From Candidatus Micrarchaeia archaeon (GTDB taxonomy: Archaea > Micrarchaeota > Micrarchaeia > CABMEP01): DNA of 20,223 nucleotides. Below are positions 14,890 to 20,223 of this stretch, piece by piece (position 1 is the stretch's first letter; the number at the start of each line of letters is the position of its first letter). Location of the stretch: contig JAVZXS010000009.1 of NCBI GenBank assembly GCA_038886535.1, positions 1 through 20,223 of the forward strand. Direction: 5' to 3'. The position numbers and the translations under genes are program-made. Below the pieces are notes generated by a model. It was not told where the DNA came from. It saw only the letters and a program-made list of their open reading frames with translations, and did no database searches.

Positions 14890-16176
14890 TTAATAATTTT
14901 CAAAAATGATTTTAAATTTTTCTGCGGGCTCAATTGTATCATTGTTTATAGTTAATAAGCCAAATTCCTGCAAGTCCTGTAAAGCATACTGAAATATTAC
15001 CTTTGATAAATTATAGTGCTGTTTGATAACTCTACCATTAGTTATCTTCTCCTTGAATATGCAATTAATTATTTTTGCATATCTTTCCAATGAGCCCCTA
15101 TATACAAGTTCAAGAAGAATTTTAATAATTTTTTCATTGACACAGGAATAATTATAAGCAATAGCAAGCCCCGCAGCAAGTGTATTGAGCTGGTGGACTA
15201 ACCTGAAATGCAAGTTGGGTTCAATAACATATTCTCTGAATTTTCTATGCTTTAATGGATTAGCAGTCCTTGAAATTTCAATCATTTCTGCAATTAATTC
15301 TATCTCCTTTTTATGTTTATTTTCAATATCACAAAGAGAAATTAAACTCCCATCTTTTTTTAGCAATCTATCATAGCAATTTTCAAGAATATATTGTCCC
15401 AAATCTGCCGTGCATAGGATAGGTTGAAATTGGGGATTGATTTTATAATAAACAAACCTATCTCCCATTTCATACATATATAACCTTCTCTTTTGTATAA
15501 TCAAAGTAGCACAAACTATCATTCCAATCTTCCCAACCCATCTATATACGCCTTCAACAGTTCTATCTTCATAATATCCATCATAAATTTCTCTCAACAT
15601 ATTCATTATTTTATAATAATTCGCCATTCCCCTTGCCAGAAAAGAAGAAAAATCTTTACAGATTATAGTCCCGCCTTTTGCCACCTGATTAATCATACTT
15701 TTTTCATAATTTCTAACAGAAAACAAAGATGCAGAAGTAAATTTGCCAACATAATACAATATCTTATGCTGTTCAAGAGTTTTGAAAAGATTTACTGTAT
15801 AGGTTTTTCCCGAACTCGCTTTGCCCAATATCATAAGCCAAATTTTACCATCCTCAATCATATTCCCTATGATAGTTCCAGCCACCAGCGAAGTTAAAAC
15901 AGGGTCAGGTGAGCCTGCAATCAGGTTTTCAAATTGATTTTCATTTCTAAATAAATTCCATAAATAATTCTCATTATATACATACGCTTTGCTATCAAAT
16001 AAAATATAATCATCCTTTTGTGGTTCTATTTCTTTTAAATTTTCCATTTTCCAGGGCTTCTTTGGTTCATCAAGAAGGTTATATATATAGAAAAATTTGT
16101 GCCCCCTCTTGAAAATTAAAGAGGGGACACAGGGCATAGGTTTTAATACATCTGATATAATCGCTATCTTACTCAT
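14890..16176 (-). CDS. AAA+ P-loop ATPase, MCM-like putative replicative helicase with possible C-terminal winged helix
   Basis: Walker A WLMILGKASSGKT, variant Walker B IICKDFS, LREIYDG, sensor-1-like IVCAT, Arg-finger-like GDRF, sensor-2-like FRLVHQL, and C-terminal 'LSKVIFQYALQDLQEFGLL'. Confidence 0.7.
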   Translation of the reverse strand: MSKIAIISDVLKPMPCVPSLIFKRGHKFFYIYNLLDEPKKPWKMENLKEIEPQKDDYILFDSKAYVYNENYLWNLFRNENQFENLIAGSPDPVLTSLVAGTIIGNMIEDGKIWLMILGKASSGKTYTVNLFKTLEQHKILYYVGKFTSASLFSVRNYEKSMINQVAKGGTIICKDFSSFLARGMANYYKIMNMLREIYDGYYEDRTVEGVYRWVGKIGMIVCATLIIQKRRLYMYEMGDRFVYYKINPQFQPILCTADLGQYILENCYDRLLKKDGSLISLCDIENKHKKEIELIAEMIEISRTANPLKHRKFREYVIEPNLHFRLVHQLNTLAAGLAIAYNYSCVNEKIIKILLELVYRGSLERYAKIINCIFKEKITNGRVIKQHYNLSKVIFQYALQDLQEFGLLTINNDTIEPAEKFKIIFENY

Positions 16177-17047
16177 CGCATATTGCTTTTAATCTTTCTA
16201 TTGTTTTAATCAATTTATCATCGCTAATTACATCAATGCTCTTTGGCACAATCCCTTCTTCATCAATAAATAAATCAAGAATATTGATTTCATTTCCGTA
16301 GGCTTTTATGGAATAATATTTCAATTGATTTATCAATTCTTCTCTGGTAGGCTTTGAAATAGTCCTTTCTGGAATATCTATTTTTTTCTTTTTCTTTTCT
16401 TTATCCTTTGCATTTTCAATAATTGCCTCCTTATATTTCAATATTTCTTCTTTTCTTTTTTTGCAAGCTTCAATTAGTCCTTCAAGATTTCCATATTGTT
16501 TTGCCTTTTTTTCATTTTCTTTATAATATTTTTCAAGTTCCTCAATAGAATTGATTTTTGAAATGTGCACTTCCATCCAGTAGGGAATTGTTTTATATTT
16601 TTCATCTTCTTTTTCAATTTTATATTCCACCCTTTCTTTTAAATCAAGTCCAGTTGCTTTGTTTGCATCATCATCTTCCTCTTCTGATGGAAGCCCCAGA
16701 GCCAATTGCAAAGAATATCTTTTTGCATAAGTTATGCAGGAGCCCCAGGCCTGTGGATTATCCTGGTCCTTTGGGAATAATCTTACCGGTGCATTATCTA
16801 ATTCTTCTCCATTATCAATATGATATAATACAGTCCTGATTTCAATTCCCTGTTTGCCTTCCTCATTCTCAATTATCGCAGATTTGTGATAAAACCATAA
16901 ACCATTTGCCAGCAATTCCTTTTTGATATGATTATAAACTGTGTCAAGTCCAGAATATTTTGAGTGGTGATAAGGATTGTCTTCTGTCTTGGGGATACAG
17001 GTGATTTTAGAATGAAATTTAGCTAATGATTTCAGTATCTCTTTCAT
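16169..17047 (-). CDS. erf: ERF-family single-stranded DNA annealing protein (recombinase)
   Basis: N-terminal K...NPY..SKY..LD and the signature PQAWGSCITYAKRYSLQLALGL....DDD; SD AAGGAGG. Confidence 0.9.
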   Translation of the reverse strand: MKEILKSLAKFHSKITCIPKTEDNPYHHSKYSGLDTVYNHIKKELLANGLWFYHKSAIIENEEGKQGIEIRTVLYHIDNGEELDNAPVRLFPKDQDNPQAWGSCITYAKRYSLQLALGLPSEEEDDDANKATGLDLKERVEYKIEKEDEKYKTIPYWMEVHISKINSIEELEKYYKENEKKAKQYGNLEGLIEACKKRKEEILKYKEAIIENAKDKEKKKKKIDIPERTISKPTREELINQLKYYSIKAYGNEINILDLFIDEEGIVPKSIDVISDDKLIKTIERLKAICDE

Positions 17048-17177
17048 AGGTTTCCTCCTTTCTTTTTTCTTTTTCCTGCCTTATATATGCAGGAATTTCA
17101 TCCTTTACTCTCTCTGGAGAGATTTCCTCTCCATTTTTGAACCATTTACCTTCTTTAAAAACATAATAATTTGACAT
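17019..17177 (-). CDS. Small hypothetical protein (52 aa) absent from the ORF track
   Basis: AAAAGGAGG-ATAT-ATG start; translates MSNYYVFKEGKWFKNGEEISPERVKDEIPAYIRQEKEKRKEETYERDTEIIS*; fills the gap between nuclease and erf and overlaps the erf start by 29 bp. Confidence 0.8.
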   Translation of the reverse strand: MSNYYVFKEGKWFKNGEEISPERVKDEIPAYIRQEKEKRKEETYERDTEIIS

Positions 17178-17193
17178 ATATCCTCCTTTTAAT

Positions 17194-17964
17194 TTATTTT
17201 TTCCTTAATATGAATTCACAATAATCTTTTACCCCGCAGTAATCACAAAACCAAATACTTTCATCCTGGCTTGCGGGCAAAAAAATTTCATTTTCAATTG
17301 CTTTTTTTATTTGCTTCAAGATTTTAATTGTTTTATCCTCTATGCTTTTGTTATATTCTGTCTTAAAAAATGCATTACTTTTAGGACTAACAAATATATA
17401 TAATGCTTCTTTTTTATTAAAAAGATGCTTTTGAGCCATTAGATATAAATTATTTTGAAGCGAAGTGAAGGGGTCGTAGAATTTAGGCAAATTTCTTGAC
17501 TTTGTTTTGAATTCTACAAAGCCCTTATTCGTAATAATATCAAATCTTCCAATTATCTTTATATCTTCAATGCTTAATTCAAAATTTTCTTCTGTTTTAA
17601 TTGCTTCATATATTTGCAAAGTTAGGATATTCGCATATTGATTAATATATCCAAATAGATTATTTAATGCTTCCTGATATTGCTGTTCTAATGATTTATC
17701 TTTTTCAAGCTCAATATTTCCAATTTCCTGCTCCATCTCAATTTTTAAACTTGCTTCTGCTGTTTTTAACATAGCATCAATTTCAAGATGTTTTTTTTCT
17801 TTCAAAAAATATGAAATATCATTCTCAATTGTTTTATGAAATGCCCTTCCTACAAGTAAAGCAAGCGTAGTTTTTTGTTTTATTCCCTGGATGCGGGTCA
17901 AATAATATCTATGCCCGCATCGCAAAAAGCTTTCAACCTCGCTTGGATAAAGATTTATTTCCAT
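17194..17964 (-). CDS. PD-(D/E)XK exonuclease, Cas4/AddB/RecB-like, with four-Cys (Fe-S 'staple') motif
   Basis: N-terminal PS....FLRC.HRYY, G..FH, E, GRFD and EFKT nuclease core, Q...Y motif, C-terminal CDYCGVKDYC; SD AAGGAGG. Confidence 0.88.
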   Translation of the reverse strand: MEINLYPSEVESFLRCGHRYYLTRIQGIKQKTTLALLVGRAFHKTIENDISYFLKEKKHLEIDAMLKTAEASLKIEMEQEIGNIELEKDKSLEQQYQEALNNLFGYINQYANILTLQIYEAIKTEENFELSIEDIKIIGRFDIITNKGFVEFKTKSRNLPKFYDPFTSLQNNLYLMAQKHLFNKKEALYIFVSPKSNAFFKTEYNKSIEDKTIKILKQIKKAIENEIFLPASQDESIWFCDYCGVKDYCEFILRKK

Positions 17965-17977
17965 ATTTCCTCCTTAT

Positions 17978-19591
17978 TTAATTTATTACAAATAATTCAT
18001 CCGGTTCTTTATCGCCTAAAGTTTGAGTGATTATATCTATTTTTTCAATAAGCATAGTGACAAATTTTTCATCTATGCTATCCTTCAGGCAAAACCAATA
18101 AGAATTCACACAATTTTTCTGCCCTATTCTGTGCAATCTGTCCTCTGCCTGTCTCATTCTTGCAGGTGTCCAGTCATACTCGAAAAATACTACCTTTGAG
18201 CTTGCTGTTAAGGTTATCCCTTCCCCACAGGCTCTTATTGTTCCTACAAAGATTTTTATTTCATTGTTATGCTGAAATTGATTTATAATTTCTTGCCTCT
18301 TTTCAGGCGGGGTGTCTCCAGAAATACCAACAGAAATGCCCTTAAATTCTTCCAATAATTTATAAAATATATTTTTATGGTGGCAAAATAAAACAATTTT
18401 TCCATTGATTTCGAGCAAATCTTTGATAAATTCAATTATGAAGGGGTATTTTTTCTGGACTGCTCTTTGCCGGTATTCTTCAATTAATGCAAAATTGCAG
18501 TCCCAATGTGATTTGATGTCTTTTTTATATTCATTTATTTTTGATTTTATGATTTCTTTTTCTATTCCTTGCGCTTGATTGTATTTTTCTTTTAATTCTT
18601 TCAATTCCTGATTTTTCATTTCTATATAATTATATATCTCTTTAATTTGATTTTCAAGCGAAATAAATTCATTATCTTTTTCAAAATCAAGCTGGTATAA
18701 TGAGCGAATTTTTTCCGGAAGTTCCTGCAAGACCTCTCTTTTTTCCCTTCTTATCATTATATGTGTTTTTAGTTTTTCCTCCAATTCTTGCAAATTGCTT
18801 GCCCCGTTGAAATTCCAGCCAAACCTATCCTTATAGGCATTGCAATATCTTTTAGCATACCAGAAGAAGTCCTTCCAGATGTCGGGTCTGATATAATTAA
18901 GAAAAGGGAATAATTCTATAGGTCTATTAAGAAGCGGAGTTCCAGAGAGCCCAATTTTCCTTTTTGCCCTTATTTTTTTTGTGGCTTTGGTTCTTTGGGC
19001 TTTATAATTTTTAATATAATGAATTTCGTCTAAAATTATTAATTCTAAATTAATTAAGTTAAAAAAAGCAACATAATTTGCTATGATATCATAATTGATT
19101 ATATATATGTCTGCTTCAGCGGGAAAACTTCCATTTTTTCCTTTTACTATCTCAATTTTTTTCTTTTGCACCAACCATTTTTGCAATTCATTTTTCCAGT
19201 TCTCTTTTACGGAAGCCGGGCATACAATTAAAACAGGATAAGCATTCAATATATTCATATAGGCAATCGCTTGAATTGTTTTTCCTAAACCCATTTCATC
19301 CGCAATTAAGCAATTGCCTTCCTTTTTTACCATCCATTCAACCCCTGCCTTTTGAAATGAATATAATTGAAGTTTTTCGGGTATATCAATTTTTATGTTA
19401 TTATCCCTTAACATTTCCAGGGCTTCCTCATCGGCATAGGCAATAAGTTCTTTTGCCTTGTCCTTGAATTTAGTTTCCCATCTCCTCAAGCCAGCATTCC
19501 AGCGAAAGCCGGCTTTTTTTGGAATTTCTTTTTCTTGAAATTTTGAGATACAGAAAAAGATGTTTTGTGTTTTATCGTATTTTAAAATCAT
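17978..19591 (-). CDS. SNF2-family (SF2) helicase/translocase, HARP/SMARCAL1-like
   Basis: Q motif LYSFQ, LIADEMGLGKT, VCPAS, DEIH, LSGTP..NRP.EL, IRREK, GEGITLT, QAEDRLHRIGQ; small N-terminal GFRWN...RRW domain. Confidence 0.93.
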   Translation of the reverse strand: MILKYDKTQNIFFCISKFQEKEIPKKAGFRWNAGLRRWETKFKDKAKELIAYADEEALEMLRDNNIKIDIPEKLQLYSFQKAGVEWMVKKEGNCLIADEMGLGKTIQAIAYMNILNAYPVLIVCPASVKENWKNELQKWLVQKKKIEIVKGKNGSFPAEADIYIINYDIIANYVAFFNLINLELIILDEIHYIKNYKAQRTKATKKIRAKRKIGLSGTPLLNRPIELFPFLNYIRPDIWKDFFWYAKRYCNAYKDRFGWNFNGASNLQELEEKLKTHIMIRREKREVLQELPEKIRSLYQLDFEKDNEFISLENQIKEIYNYIEMKNQELKELKEKYNQAQGIEKEIIKSKINEYKKDIKSHWDCNFALIEEYRQRAVQKKYPFIIEFIKDLLEINGKIVLFCHHKNIFYKLLEEFKGISVGISGDTPPEKRQEIINQFQHNNEIKIFVGTIRACGEGITLTASSKVVFFEYDWTPARMRQAEDRLHRIGQKNCVNSYWFCLKDSIDEKFVTMLIEKIDIITQTLGDKEPDELFVIN

Positions 19592-19606
19592 ATTGCGCCC
19601 TTTAAG

Positions 19607-20164
19607 TTAATAACATACTATTACTTCATCTCCCTCAACTGTCATTCCCTTGACCCAACCAACTGGAGATGCCTCATCTTTAATACGAAAGGGAGCAAAT
19701 TTTTGCTCATATACCCCATCATCAACAAATATATAAACCTTTTGCTTATATCCGCTTCCAAAATACAACGCTAATGCCTCAACAGGAAATATAAACTCCA
19801 CATATACCTTCCAGCCGTGTGCTTCTCCATTTTGCAAATATTGTGTTATAATGTGAACCTTTGCTTTAACTTCCACATTTCTTTTTACCATCTCCTTTGC
19901 TAATCTTGAATTTTCAAGTGCTTCTTTAATTATTTCCACTTCCTCTTTAGCAACACTTTCAAGATTACTGCTTACACTATTGCTCCAAATCTCCTGCATT
20001 TTAATCAAATAATCCGCTGGAAGATTTCTGTTGGAGTTTAACATTTGATTATAGATAAACCGAACAAAAATAAACTCCCGATACACATTGACCTCTTTCC
20101 AATCTTTCACATCAGGATTTTGTGAAGGATGTGAAAATTTTTCATAAAATTCTTGTCTTTTCAT
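19607..20164 (-). CDS. Hypothetical protein (185 aa; start revised from 20200 to ATG at 20164)
   Basis: A strong SD (AGAGGAGGT) lies just upstream of the ATG at 20164 (MKRQEF...). The track's TTG at 20200 falls inside a hairpin and lacks an SD. Confidence 0.75.
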   Translation of the reverse strand: MKRQEFYEKFSHPSQNPDVKDWKEVNVYREFIFVRFIYNQMLNSNRNLPADYLIKMQEIWSNSVSSNLESVAKEEVEIIKEALENSRLAKEMVKRNVEVKAKVHIITQYLQNGEAHGWKVYVEFIFPVEALALYFGSGYKQKVYIFVDDGVYEQKFAPFRIKDEASPVGWVKGMTVEGDEVIVCY

Positions 20165-20191
20165 ATTAAACCTCCTCTTTAATATTTTTTG

Positions 20192-20213
20192 CCCTTCCAA
20201 ACAAAAGGAAGGG
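20192..20213. other. GC-rich hairpin upstream of the first - strand gene
   Basis: CCCTTCC-AAACAAAA-GGAAGGG: 7-bp perfect stem with an 8-nt loop. Confidence 0.55.
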
Positions 20214-20223
20214 GCTCATATTC

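Noticed and set aside
15185..16839. Plus-strand ORFs 15185-15376, 15493-15897, 16558-16839
   Set aside because: Antisense shadows of the helicase and erf genes, with no recognisable motifs.
17194..17964. CRISPR-Cas locus (cas4)
   Set aside because: No cas1/cas2 or repeat-spacer array. Solo Cas4-like nucleases are common in phage recombination modules.
20185..20223. Hammerhead ribozyme or intrinsic terminator at the right edge
   Set aside because: The minus strand reads ATATGAG-stem-CAAAA, lacking the CUGANGA and GAAA cores, and no U tract follows the stem on either strand.
1..20223. Alternative genetic code or stop-codon readthrough
   Set aside because: Genes are long and tile the window under the standard code, and TAA, TGA and TAG all end genes directly before the next SD/start.

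Overview
AT-rich, gene-dense fragment of a tailed dsDNA phage or prophage with podovirus-like organisation. The left arm (+ strand, 1-14131) is the end of the late, virion operon. It encodes a truncated tail nozzle/stabilisation-like protein, a 1190-aa tail/receptor-binding-like protein ending in a complete Hint (intein-like) domain, a 146-aa unknown, three putative DNA-ejection (internal virion) proteins of 212, 488 and 1952 aa, a holin-like protein and a small, very basic protein. The right arm (- strand, 14551-20164) is a convergent replication/recombination module: an unknown, a SNF2-family helicase, a Cas4/RecB-like PD-(D/E)XK nuclease, an unannotated 52-aa ORF, an ERF single-strand annealing protein, an AAA+/MCM-like helicase and another unknown. 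The 420-bp gap between the arms is densely structured: interlocking inverted repeats, a near-consensus sigma70 promoter ahead of an ORF-less ~70-nt two-hairpin RNA that ends at an intrinsic terminator, then tandem 21-bp iteron-like repeats, a DnaA-box-like 9-mer and an AT-rich tract (candidate origin). The strongest candidates for new biology are (1) the tail protein's self-processing Hint domain, which cannot splice canonically, and (2) the small RNA beside the candidate origin. All product calls come from motif recognition by eye; no database searches were run.
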